DNA of 62,899 bases, counting the filler, from Diploschistes diacapsis (lineage: Eukaryota), in the NCBI GenBank assembly GCA_023645945.1. It is 8 parts of 8 records of this genome, joined end to end, with 100 filler letters (N's around TTAATTAATTAA, not from the genome) between each part and the next. Parts side by side here need not be neighbours in the genome. Positions count along the whole stretch, not along the records: positions 47,864 to 52,820 come from JALAIB010001627.1; positions 52,921 to 57,862 come from JALAIB010001628.1; positions 57,963 to 62,899 come from JALAIB010001629.1; 5 more parts are not named here. The stretch is one strand, 5' to 3'. The position numbers were made by a program, and so were the translations under genes. This document shows, piece after piece, positions 48,933 through 61,465 of the stretch. Below the pieces are notes generated by a model. It searched no databases. It had not been told where the DNA came from and saw only the letters and a program-made list of their open reading frames with translations. The stretch's first letter is position 1. Each line of letters starts with the position of its first letter.

Positions 48933-49871
48933 CTACCGATATTTCATCCAGTTCTTCTCAGTCTGTGCAATCGCCGGCTTCATCACTGGCACCGTCAACC
49001 ACTCGGGAACCCCCTCGATAAAGAACTTGAGTACGGAATGGGGTCGGTAAGGCGTCATGGCCACCGGACCACCGACTCGGCGCAAGGCTGCCGCTGCCAG
49101 GCCTCTCGAGGTTGGTATGAACAAGCTCAGGTCGAGGCGGTTTTCGTCGCTCTGGGTGTTTGCGACAAAAGTGTAATGGACGGTCACATCCTTGCCTTGG
49201 AGGGCCAGGTCGGTCTGCAGAGTCCGAGAGAAGGCGAGGAGATAGGCCTTGCAGCCAGAATAGACGGTCATTTTGGGAACACCGAGGGCAGCCAGGGATC
49301 CGATGTTCATGATCAGGCTCGGTTGGTTCTTCGTGAGTGCTGGGAGCAGAGCACGGGTGATTTTGGTGGTAAAGTTGATGTTCAGGTGGATTTGCTCATC
49401 GATGTCGGCGTCTGTCCGATCTTCATGGTAGATGAATGGGATTGCGAGGTTTTGGGAGCCGCCGACGTTGTTGACAAGGACAGTCAGGCGAATATCCTTG
49501 ACCAGCTCCAGCAGATGATCAAACGGCAGCTGCTTGGTGGCATCTGAAACGTATATTCGTGTTCCTGTTCCGGGAAAGCCTTTGATCAGTTTTGCAGACT
49601 GGCTCTCGAGCTTCGCCCTGTTGCGACCGTGTAGTATTACGTTGAAGCCTTTGCCGGCCAATTCCTGGCAGAAACCAAAGCCTATCCCATCGCTCGCTCC
49701 CGTCACGAGCGCCCAAGCTTTGTGCTCTCCACGGAGGAAGCGAGGGAGCTTTGAAGGGCGTATAAGACTGTAAACGAAGATAGCGGCGTGCAGCAGCAGG
49801 TACGAGGCACTTGCGGCGCCCAGGTACAGTAGAGCGCTCTGGGCAGACTTGGAATCTAGAAACGAGTTCAT
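48933..49871 (-). CDS. SDR, 17beta-HSD/very-long-chain 3-oxoacyl-CoA reductase-like
   Basis: WALVTGASDGIG, LVNNVGG, YSGCK and an N-terminal membrane anchor. Start could alternatively be 49883. Confidence 0.88.
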   Translation of the reverse strand: MNSFLDSKSAQSALLYLGAASASYLLLHAAIFVYSLIRPSKLPRFLRGEHKAWALVTGASDGIGFGFCQELAGKGFNVILHGRNRAKLESQSAKLIKGFPGTGTRIYVSDATKQLPFDHLLELVKDIRLTVLVNNVGGSQNLAIPFIYHEDRTDADIDEQIHLNINFTTKITRALLPALTKNQPSLIMNIGSLAALGVPKMTVYSGCKAYLLAFSRTLQTDLALQGKDVTVHYTFVANTQSDENRLDLSLFIPTSRGLAAAALRRVGGPVAMTPYRPHSVLKFFIEGVPEWLTVPVMKPAIAQTEKNWMKYR

Positions 49872-51103
49872 TCCGATGAGCATTTGGTAGATGCGTCTCA
49901 AAGGTCAGAGCTGGTGGCCGGGGTGGGGTTGTCTAACGAAAACGGTGCAAGTCGGAATAGTCTACTCCAGAGAGTCTGTAAGGGACAAGTATCGCAACGT
50001 CTACTATTCTGAATCCGATGGAGAGGTATCAACCTCGATCCAATTCTTCTTACATTTCGGGTCATAGAAGCTGCATTTCTTGCCAACTTACACATTGTTA
50101 AATCATCGATGCCGAAACCTAATCACGAAAAAGAAAACCGTATTCATAGAAACAACAGCAAAAAGCCAGCTGGATCTTCTATTTTTGCATTTGTACAATC
50201 CCGTGACTATAGCCCTCAAGGTATTGTCGGGGGGCGCGTTGTAAAGATCGTGAAACCTAACCTCAGCGCTGATCGAAGCACAAGAAGAAGCTTCGACGAT
50301 CCCAATCTCGAAAGAGATGTGCACGGGACAAGACCCCGTTTACGAGCGCGCCCGCAAAAAAAGGGAAACGAAAAAACAACACGTTGCAGAAAAGGGGGGG
50401 CGGGTGGTTGGTCCATGTAAACGGTAGCAACGGTAGCAACGGCAGATTGTCAGACGGGGTGGATATGTAGCAGAGAATAAATAAAAGTGCGGGAGGTACT
50501 CAGCACATCTGCCGGGGGGTGAGATCTGGGTGCGGGTTGCTATTGGTAGAAGAAGATGGTTCACGTCAAAGGGGGCTCTGGGCAAACGTATATTGAAGGA
50601 AAAGATCGAGGCAAGAAGATTTGAGCAAGATTTTATTTGGCTCTTTGTTTCGTGGTAGCGAAACGAACCATGCGCAAGCAAAGCGCTGCCGAGCTTTCGA
50701 GCTCAGTAGCTCAGAGGTGAGTGAAGAGTGTAGTAGATAGTAGATATATGTACAGCCAAAGTTGCTCCAAAATCGTCCTCCACATGCTTCTTCTTCCATT
50801 CTTGTGCTAGTTAAATCATGTAGCGCATGCCCAAGCTCTCCAGCAGGTTGTGATCGGCGTTCCTGGACGCCATCAGATTTTGGCCCTGAGCTCCTTGTTC
50901 GGCGCAGATATGACCCAGTCCTTGCTCAGGGTGTGAACTGCAGCAGAACAAGATCATGCTAGGAAAGCAACCGGTAATGGCAGCGTCCGTGAGAAAACCC
51001 TGGTTGCTTTTCGCATCGGTCAAGAGCCGTTCCCGCTCGCATAGGCCGCAGTATGAATTGCACCGCGTGCGCCTAAACCCCTTGCAGGGCCTGTGCTTGT
51101 AGT

Positions 51104-52550
51104 TCAATATCTATCGAACAGGACGTCGAGCTCGTCCAGGCCAACATCCTGAGGCCGACTGATCTCCCAGCCCAGGCCAAAGCCGCCGTCTCCGAGGACG
51201 CTGACCTCGAGCATGTCAATATCAACTTCTTTCGGCGATTTGTGACCCGCCGACCGCGGGCTCTGGTGAAAATGGACGGAAGCGCCGAGTGGCCTGACAA
51301 GGGGCGAACTCATGAGCATGGCTTCTTGCTTCTGCGCCTGCGCATGGGCCAGTGACAATGTAGTCAAATCCTCCGCATGATGGGCCTTTGCATCATCGGC
51401 CTCTATGGATTCGACAGGCTTCTCTGTTTTGACGAAATCGGATTCTTCGGCCACCGTTGCGGGTTCTTCGTTGTTGATGCCCCTCATTCGCATCCCGCGC
51501 GCAGTAGCCGTAAACTCTTGTTCGTCGCCTTCCATTTCCGGTTGACTTCGATGATTCAATCCAAGCTCACGGTCGGAATCGGTACTTTCTCGACCCGTAT
51601 TCGACCCCGACATCGGGTAGGAAGTTGGAGCAGGCGTGGGCGGCGTTGGGAAGTCCGGCGCGGCCTCGGAGGTCGCGCTGTATACGATCTCCTCGAGGTC
51701 GAGGGAAAGATCGACTTCGGGCGAAGGCGAAAGAGCGTCACGCTTCCGCTCTTCAAAGTTCGACGCGCCGTCTTCATCCTGAGACGCGTTGCTGAGCGAC
51801 GGAGAAATTATCCGCTTGTGTCCTTCTTTACCTCGGCCACCTATGATGATGGGAGGCGGCATTTCCATGGCCGAAGCGGGCAGCTCCTGCCTCGGCGTGG
51901 TTGTGAGATAGTAGAACACCTTTCGAGGATGCACGGGAATGAGTTCCTTCGCTATCGGACACGGTGCTTCGGTGGGCCAGGGGCGTCGCATGTAAGTGGC
52001 TAGGCGAGAAGACAAAAGAGCGGCCGGATTGGCGGAGCTGTGTCGGGGAGGTCAGTTCATCAGGACTAAAATCTCTTGATACGAGAGCAGCGTACCTATT
52101 TACCGCGCCGTTCGTTGTTGCGAGAACCGATGCCAGCTCTTTGACCAGGTGGGGTCGGTTGCCAGTCTTCTCGAGCTGTTCGATAACGCCGGCAACGATG
52201 TCGTCGTTGATGCTGTCCATGTCAACTCTGGCATTGGCCGAAGCGCGTGGAGACGGTGGAGGCGTGTCCTCGTATGCATTTCGGCCGCTGCTCTTTGGAC
52301 GGTCTGCAAAGGTGACTGTTTTGGGACCTACCGAGGCGGCCGATGGAGGAGTACTGATCGGCAACTCGGATGGTGGCGACCCAGACGTGTGCGACCGCTT
52401 TACTCGCTTGTTTGGATGCTGTTGCTGTGCTTCTCCATCGTTTGACGACTTGGATAGCGAAGGGCGGTGAGCTCGGGAAGGCTGTGAATTGGGTAGCTGG
52501 ATGCCCAGAGCGGGCAAACAGATGGACTTTCGACGGGTATTGTATGGCAT
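51104..52550 (-). CDS. Gds1-like winged-helix protein
   Basis: MPYNTRRKSICLPALGI..INDDIVAGVIEQLEKTGNRPHLVKELA, one intron (~52040-52095), then SANPAALLSSRLATYMRRPW..HPRKVFYYLTT. Family name recalled, not searched. Confidence 0.6.
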
Positions 52551-52820
52551 GTTGATAGGTGAAGTAAAGTAAAGGCGCAAACAAGCATAAATGGCAGAGA
52601 TAATGGAGAAGATGGCCAAGGGAATAGTGGTTGAGTTGAAGTGGTGACGATGTTTGGAGGAAAGAGGCAAGAATGCGGCAGGATGGGGAAGCGAAATTCT
52701 ATTGGCGACAGGTATTATTTGGGGGGGAAAAAGAGTAAGGAGGTGTAGTAGTGCAGTGTTTGGAATGCGAGAAGCTGCAGATAGGATGACATGGATCTGG
52801 GGGGGGCCATGATGGGGAAG

Positions 52821-52920
52821 NNNNNNNNNNNNNNNNNNNNNNNNNNNNNNNNNNNNNNNNNNNNTTAATTAATTAANNNNNNNNNNNNNNNNNNNNNNNN
52901 NNNNNNNNNNNNNNNNNNNN
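52821..52920. other. Artificial contig linker
   Basis: 44N-TTAATTAATTAA-44N. Confidence 0.98.
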
Positions 52921-53484
52921 ATACGATAGATTATACGTCTTATATAAACTGGCTTTCCTATATCGTCTGCGTTGATGATAGATGTAACAGCGGGGGTAGT
53001 GCCTAATAGGTAGCGCTATCCCACTGAGCCACAAAAGACTGAACACAATGCTTTCAGGAACCCCGAAGCACTGTTTCCCTATTAAACTATATGTAGGTGC
53101 GTGGCTGTGGCAGCAGGGGGACCTGAACCCCGGTGCGCACACTGCGGGTGTTACATTTAAGGTATTTATAGCCTTAAATACATCTATAAATGAATCTATA
53201 GATCAATAAATAGCATTTTTATAGAGATATTATGAATAATAAGACTGCTATTTTTCTATTTCCTAATCTGGCTAGCTCGTCGGCGGTGCAGGGTGCGTCG
53301 CCACCCCAGTGCTGACGTTATATCACAGACTAGGCGGGATTCAACCGGGTTCTCTCAGCCTGCTAGATAATCATTCTCAGTTGAAGTTGACGTGGTGCAG
53401 CTGTGAAAATGCAATTCAGTTGCCAAGGCTTCTGAGGTTGACATCCTTGATCTTACCTATCTAGGAGAATCCTATCTTCCCGCA

Positions 53485-56400
53485 ATGTACCCGACGTCTT
53501 CCTCATTCAGCGGCAGTGAAAACAGTAGCCGTCTTGGCGAACCTCAATATGCGCAGCTATATCAGCAGCCCGGACTACAACTGGCTTCCGGATTAGCCTC
53601 TCAACCCACCGGCTTCCCAAGAAGCTCTCTACGGCATCAGCCTGCCGACGTTGCGAACATGCCACAGTCTCAGAACCTTCTATATCCTCAGCGAAACCAA
53701 TCTTTTCAGCAGCCTCAGATCACGGGATACCCTGTTCAAATTCAGTCGCCTCAGCAAACTTCTGCACCCGCTCGAGCCGGACAAACATCAGCTCAGGTAG
53801 CGCAGTCATTCCAAGACACTGGCCATGCTCAGGCGTCACTCAACAAGCCTGTTATAAATGGCGCCAAGATCCCCAAGATTCGCTTGTCTTTTCTTACAGC
53901 ACAGGACCAAGCGAAGTTCGAACAATTATTCAAGTCAGCCGTTGGCGACGGGCAAGCACTAAGCGGTAAGTCAATCAAGAAGGAGCACACGTGTAAGTAC
54001 TAAAACAATCTAGGCGATAAAGTTCGTGATCTACTCGTTCGGTCAAAGCTGCCTGGAGATGATTTGTCACAGATCTGGTATTGATTCTATTTTTTCATCC
54101 AGCATAGAGTAGTACTAATTGTACTTAAGGACCCTCTCCGATACTACAAAATCTGGGAAGTTACTCTTTCCGGAATTCGCGCTGGCCATGTACCTTTGCA
54201 ATCTCAAGATTATGGGAAAAAGCCTTCCACAAAGGTTGCCAGAGCGAATTACGAACGAGGTGTCAAGCATGGTTGATATCATTTCTTTCGGTGTTCCAGA
54301 TGAAAACCCTGCCGTGTCTATACGAAGCAACGCGCCTGCTTTTGATATGCAAAATTCAACAAATTCACCAGGGCTCCAACAACCTCAGCCGCAAGCCTCA
54401 AATAGCCAGCTTCTATCAAAGCTAGCTTCACAACCCACGGGTTTCGCGTCGCAGTATGTCCCACCGCAGCTGACTGCTGCTCTGGGGGAACATCTCCTGG
54501 CCCAGCAGGGTAGCCTTGGATCCCAACATCAAGGGTCTTTTGTTCCAAGTCCCCAAATCGGAGGCTACGCCTTTCAGCATCCTTCACTACCACCATTGAA
54601 CTCTTCTCAGAGAAGTAAATTTCCCGTAGCGCAAAATCCTGGCCCTGCCCTGCCTCTGAATGCCCAATCCACCGGAAAACCAGGTCAATGGGGTTTTGTC
54701 AATGCTCCTGCTTCTGGCTTGCCCAATATTGAAGCCTTGCAACAACGGATGATGCCCCAGCCAGGTAGGGAAGGTACTTTCACAACCTCTGGGCTTGCAG
54801 GCAACGCCACAGTACCGTGGGCAATCACAAAAGAAGAAAAGAAGCTTTACGACCATGTCTTCAGAGCATGGGATGGATTTGGTAGGGCTTACATTGGCGG
54901 CGATACCGCTATCGAGGTCATGGGTCAGAGTGGCCTGGATAGACCCGACTTGGAAAAGGTTTGGACACTCTCGGATCCCTCAAATAAAGGTAAATTGGAC
55001 ATGGATGAGTTTGCTGTTGCGATGCACCTGATCTATCGAAAGCTCAACGGCTATCCAATACCTAATCGGCTTCCCCCTGAGCTCGTGCCTCCTTCAACGA
55101 GAAATTTTAAGGATTCTATTGGAACTGTTAAGTCTCTTCTGTCACAAGATGCGGAGATGCGAAAGACTACTGGTGCCTTTTTGCAGCCCCAAAGGACTGG
55201 TGTTAGTTATCTGAAGACTCACTCCTTTAGGAACGAACAAAATGGCACAAGTGAAAGTCGAAAGGACGCAACTGTGTTTAGGAACAATGATGACGACGTT
55301 GGCTACAAGTCGAGCGCTCGTCGACGTCTTGCGGGTGGCGGTCGTACCCCTTCACCTGCACAGATAGCTGCCTCGTCAGATGCGAAAGGCGTGATGTCAC
55401 TTGATCAGCTAAGCAAAATAGTACGAGAGAAACAGGTTCTTCTTGACGCGATCGACTTTAGAGACGAAAACAACATGGAGGAAGAGGATACACTCGATAG
55501 GAAAGACCGTCGTGATGCTGAGGATCTTTACCGACGCATTCGACAAGTTCAGGCTGATATTGATCATCATCCTACTGCGGTGCTCCAAAGTGTTGATTCT
55601 GGTGCTGAGCGAAGGACACTGAGCCGACAATTGCAAAGCTTGACCGACAGACTTCCTGAACTAGCCTCCCATGTACGCAAAACGGAACGTAGTATTGCCG
55701 AAACAAAATTGGAGCTTTTCCGCTTGAGAGATGCCAAAGCCTTCCCAAGTTCTGCGTCAACTATCAGAGGCACTGGCCCGGGAGGCGCTGTAACTGAGGC
55801 AGATAGGTTAAAAGCACGTGCAAAAACTATGATGCAGCAGCGCTCAGCTGCTTTGACTGGAAAGCCGAGTCCCAGTGGAGAGTATGATCAATCATCTGCT
55901 TCAGTGAGACTCGACGACGAGAATCTCAAAATCAGGACTGAGAAGGAGAACAATGAGCGAATGATCAAGGATATCGAAGACAGTGTACAAGCATTTTCTC
56001 GGAGCCTGGAAGACAGCCTACGATTACGAAGCCAATCCACATCCACAGAGCATGAGAAGCGTAGGTGGGAAGACGGGTTGGGCGTGGAAGATGAAATCAA
56101 AGACTTCATTTTTGAACTTCAAAGAAGCAGCAGAGCAGCAAAAATCCGTAAAGAAGGGCAAGTGGTCCTTCAGGATACTGCAGTGTTGATTGCTAATGTT
56201 CGACAGCAGTGACGATTCGGCAGGTGAAAGATCCCTCTCAAGGCCTGAGGGAAGTCATGATGTGCTTAATCGACAAGATGATAAGGTTCAATCTTCGATC
56301 CCTTCAGCTGGCTCCATCGATGCTGGTTCCTCTAAGTCTACCTACCAAACAGCTGAGGAAAGGGCTGCTTTCATTAAACAGCAAGCCGAACAGAGAATGC

Positions 56401-57862
56401 TTGAACGCTTGGCCGCCCTAGGCCTCAAGCCACCGTCGAAAGCTGAGACATCAGTCACTCAAAAGCACGACAGCAATAATCTTGAGCGAAGTCAGCGAAT
56501 AAAGCAGGCCGAAGAGCAAGAGGCTAAAAGGGACCAAGAGCGCCAGCGCCGGTTAGCCGATGAGAAGTACTCTCCTCCAGCTGTAGCAAAATCGGCCGCA
56601 GGAAAGAAACCCCCTCCACCACCCTCGCGTGGCGCAAGAGCTAGCAGCTTGACTCAGCAAGCAGAAACGAAGCGTAAGGCGGAGGAAGAAGCATTTGCCC
56701 TAAGCGCAGAGCAGGAGAGAAAAGCGAAAGCAATTAAAGAGCAGCAAGAGATACAGGAACCTCAGACGAAACAACTTGAGTTGGTCCCACATTGCTTCCT
56801 CTTATACTTCCTCTTATACGATGTAGCTAACGCTTCCACAGAGACGAGACTAAGAGGCAAGAGGAGGCGCTAGCTCGGGAGCGCAAAGCCTCCGAGCTTA
56901 GACTTCAGGAATTGACACAGCAGTATGAGACCGGAAAATTGAAGAAACAGGAAGAGAAGCAGCGACGGCAGGCTGCTGAGAACGCAGCCAAAGAAAAGGA
57001 GCGCAGACTGGCTTCTCAACGCGCCGAGTTAGAAGCAGCAAAAGAGCGTGAGCTTCAGCTTCAAAAACAACTCGAAGATTTGAGCAATGAGGACTCGTCG
57101 GACGAAGACAGTCTAGAAAATGGGACGCCCAATGCAGTGACGCCTGTGGCGAGCCAGATCATCCTCAAAGAGCCAGTAGCAGCAGGCCTGGCCGACGCCG
57201 CCCAAGCACCCTTGACTTTGAATGACATTGATACTATACTCTCTCCAGCCAACACCTCCAGCACATTACCTAGTTACTCCCTCGAAACAAAAAATCCGTT
57301 TTTTAAGCAGCTGAGCCAGGCGAGCGAGTCTCCTACGCCAGCACCGTCGCAGGTGCCGACCACAAACTTCGTTTCCAATTTCACAGAGGTCTCCACAAAC
57401 CCCTTCCATCGCCTTGCCCAGCAGCAGGAAGCCAACAAAGGTGTTGCACCGCTCACATCCACTTCCACCGGTCGTAAGCCGTCTCGAGCTAGACCTGAGG
57501 AAGACGACTGGTCTGTAGTTGACTCCACCGAGGATTCCTCAGATGATCAAGATGATGCAGCTAAACCTACTGGGGGAAGTGCGAAACAGTTAGCGTCTAT
57601 GTTGTTCGGCACTATGGGACCACCCCGTCCTCTTTCGGCCGCAGAAGGCAGGAAAACACCTGTTTCTGGAAAGACGGATGCAGACCTCAATTCGCTGGCG
57701 GTTCAGCACAATGATGAGAGAACACCTTATTCACGTGAAGCTCTCACTATTTCAGAGGTATCGACTCCAATATCTGCACCACCTGGGCCTCCACCACCGC
57801 CCGTACCGCCTCCCGGTTCTAGTTCAAGCCAATGGACTGCGACCGATGCGACACCTTCTTTT
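53485..57862 (+). CDS. PAN1: Actin cytoskeleton-regulatory/endocytic protein Pan1 (3' end cut by contig end)
   Basis: QPTG repeats, two EH domains ([40 protein letters not shown]), coiled coils, NPF motifs and a proline-rich tail. Confidence 0.95.
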
Positions 57863-57962
57863 NNNNNNNNNNNNNNNNNNNNNNNNNNNNNNNNNNNNNN
57901 NNNNNNTTAATTAATTAANNNNNNNNNNNNNNNNNNNNNNNNNNNNNNNNNNNNNNNNNNNN
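57863..57962. other. Artificial contig linker
   Basis: 44N-TTAATTAATTAA-44N. Confidence 0.98.
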
Positions 57963-59307
57963 GAGAAAGGGTGGTGAAGCAAGGTAAAAAAAGGTCGAGA
58001 GAATTGCGGCATGATGGAGAAGGAAAGAGGTTGGGATAGGAGACACGTGGGAAGTAACTGACGGCAGGGCATGGTCCATTGCATATGTAAAAGGCCACCT
58101 CGAATCGATTAGTATCTCGGCGCTTCCTAGGGCTGAAAGCAGGGCGCCAGCTGAAGGGGGGGAAAGTTGTGGAATGAGGATGGAAGCGCACGCGGGACGA
58201 CAACCGGGCGTGGAACGAGAATGGGGGGGCCGTAGGACAAGAACGGGGGCGTAGCGACGAGAACGGGGCTGTGAAATAGTAGAGACAAGTGAGGCCTGCT
58301 TTGTAAAAGATCACCAGCATCAGCTAGTATCTCGGCGACCGTAACGAGGATAGTGCGCACATGCCGAGCAACAGCCCAGCCGCGCTATGAAAAGAAAAGA
58401 GATCACAAGCGCCAGCTGCTATCTCGGCGACCATAACGAGTATTAGTATGCACGCCGGGAGACCATGCAACCTTGTAAAAAGAATCTCAAATTCAGCAAA
58501 TTATTTACAGGTGTGGGGTATCCATCCATCCATCCAACCTGTCTGTCATTCCCATCTCTCCCCGAAACACCACGCTTTGCATCGCCCAGCGAGAAGAAGG
58601 AAAACCGCCACAAAAGCAGGAGGAAACAGATGGGCTGGAAGAAACCATTGGGACTCAACGAGGTAAGAAAGAGAGCGACGACAGATGTGCTGCACTGCTG
58701 ATGAGTCGCGTCAAGCAGTGTTCAGAGCTTCAGCTCGCATGTCAGGCCCGATGAGGAAAATAGCTGTGGCTAAGCGGTACTCGGATGTCATGGCACTGCT
58801 TGAGCCGTTTGCTGACAAGCATGGCAGGTTGCGAGCAGGCCAAACAACGCCCCAGCATAACAAGAGACCATTTCCCCCAGATCTCTTCACACCGGGTCGT
58901 TGGCATCTGCTCATTTTCACCTTTGCCAGTAGCAGTGTGGTTTCTTGGTTTGGTGATGAATCGCATCACTGTTGAGCCGTGGAAGCGGTGAGACCGACAA
59001 AGTCGCAGACTATGGTAAATTGAGACTGACATCGATGGGAATCTCCTGTGAGCAACCGGCAACCCGATGAGCTGTGACAATAAATTATATTAACTGGAAA
59101 AAAGTGCGTTCGAATCTTCAGACATGTACAGAGAATGGGAACTGTCATGTTTTTGTCAGACCGGTTAAGAGTCCACCGTTCCATAGCCACACATGTGCGT
59201 TGCAAAGACTGATCAAAGATGATGGCAGCTGCGCGCGATTATTCCAATTATCAAACAAATATGGAATTCATAAATAGAGGGCGTGGCTCATGAAATAGGT
59301 GAACAGC

Positions 59308-60816
59308 TTAAGAGCCGAAGGTGTAGGTTGCCGTGCCCGAAAAGAGTTCAACCTGGACGAGGTTAGTTGTGACAGATGCAGGCTTCGCTGGCAAAAGACT
59401 TACGGTGCACCCAGGCACGGGACCCTTGCCGGCCACATATTGGCCTTGCGTCTGGCACCCATCTTGCGAGCAGAACTGGCCAACTCCGTTCGACATGTTG
59501 TAGCTGCAGGACGAGCCACCGAAGTCACCGGAAAGCTCGATGTTGAATCCTAGCGGTACTACCTTGGTGGGGTAATTCTGTTCGGTCGAGAGCAGCGAGA
59601 CGAAGGTTGATCCATCCTCGTTCTGCCCAGCTCCGATGACTACAGAAGCCCAGTTACCAGATGCAATACCTTGACTGGTCTCGTCGGAGCCCCAGTGGCA
59701 AGCGTTCTCGACTTCCACGCCCTTCTGGTTGACATAGTACTGGGCAGAGGTGCTTGCATCCTGGTGCTTGTAGTAGGTCGAGCCGTCAGTAATGGCCAGA
59801 GCGCTGCTGCCCCCAGGTTGTGCGCAGATGGGAACGGTCTCGGCTTCGGTACCTACAATTATCAGTACTCAAAGCCCCGAAAGAAATTTTTCTCACGCCC
59901 ACTTACCAGGGTAATCGGTTCCGCAAACGCAAACCACGCCGTCAAGGTTGTTGGTAACGGAGGCGCTACCAGCTCCCTTGATGCAGAGGGTATTGAAGCC
60001 GCTGTTGGTCTTATGAAGCTTGCCGTCGCTGCCGCATTGGAGGCCACCGACCGAGGTACCGGAGTTTTGTGCGGGAAACTGGCTCTTCATGTACCCGGCA
60101 GGGCATGCATAGGAACAGTAGGTGTTCCCAGAGCCTTCGCTCGAGCATCCGCCTGAGGTAGCAGTTGTGATTTCGCCAGGAATTCCGTTGGTGATGACCG
60201 TGTTCTGGATCCCGGTCCAACCATTGAGGTTCAGGTATGAGACAGGGACGGCGCCATAGTTGCTGGGAAACTCGGAGCAGTCGACCTCACCATCCGGAAA
60301 CTCGACGTCGACGTTATTGTTGGTCGCGATCTGAGCATAGTAGCCGGAGAGGCCCGAAATCGAAGTGCCGGAAGTACCAGAAATGCCGGAAGAACTACCG
60401 CTGGACGAGCTTCCGCTGCTTGGTGAACTTGCCGGTGTGGGTGCAGAAGTAACCGACGAAGCTGGGTGACCACCTTGGACAAACTCGTCACCGGCTACGG
60501 AGCTAGACAACGGGGAGGGGCTGCTCGCTGCTGACGAAGCAGGGCTAGGAGACGGAGCTGATGCGTCGCAATTTGGCTGGTCAGTACTGTCCTGGGCCCA
60601 CTCGAAGGTGCCGTTCTTCAGGCCCTCGCATACGGCACTGACCGGGATGATCTCGCCTTCAAAGACATAGGCTACTTCAACAGGGCCGTCGACGGTGACA
60701 GTCGTGATGTCGCGTTTCTTGTTGTGGAGATGGGCGTGACGGTGATTGTGCTGGGAGGCTGCGGCCAATGTGGAGAGGGTCACCAAAGCGACGCTGATAG
60801 CGGCAGCTGTCTTCAT
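59308..60816 (-). CDS. sun1: SUN-family (GH132) secreted beta-glucosidase/glucanase
   Basis: Signal peptide, His-rich HNHRHAHLH, Ser-rich linker, FPDGEVDCSEFP, CSYACPAGY, CGTDYPG/TEAET, ACHWG..GNWA. One intron (~59853-59907). Confidence 0.92.
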
Positions 60817-61380
60817 CTTTTCGGGCGCGTGATATTAATAGCGATGAACGAGAACTATGCGCGCGGAGAAAAAGTTTCTTTGAGTGGTTAAATTGACTAG
60901 TGACTGGATACTGATGATGGACTCTAATTCGATTCACTCATTAGCCACCTGTCATGCTTTTCAAAGATTGCCAGCAGCCCACCCCGATGGTACCCATGGG
61001 GGTCATCCTAGCGGAACGACTCTATACGGGGGGGATTGCACACTTACTGAGGCTTTGCTGTCCCTGTCCGGCTCCAGGAGTGCTTGATGGATGGGTGCAA
61101 ACAAAGGGATCGCGTAAATGAGCTGGTAACAGGTATTTCGTATTTGTGAATGAGTGTCTTGTTCGAGGAAAAGAAGGTGGGTCCCTAATCGACGGGCAGT
61201 AAGATCAATGAATGAGTGTTAGGAAAGAATGAGAAGTGGTGAATGAACGCATGCGAACGAACGAACGGAGAAGAGGGTTGAAAGAGAAGGATGTTGGAGA
61301 AGGAGAAGAAAGGTGATGAATGACCCAAAAGGAGGTAGGTAGTAGGTAAGGCACTAGAGCAGAGCAGAGCAGGGGGAAAG

Positions 61381-61465
61381 TACTAGTACTACTAGTACTA
61401 CTAACTACTACTGACTACTACTAACTACTAACTACTACTAACTACTACTAACTAACTACTACTCT
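61381..61465. repeat. Imperfect (CTA)n/(CTAACTACTA)n repeat
   Basis: Direct reading. Confidence 0.85.
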
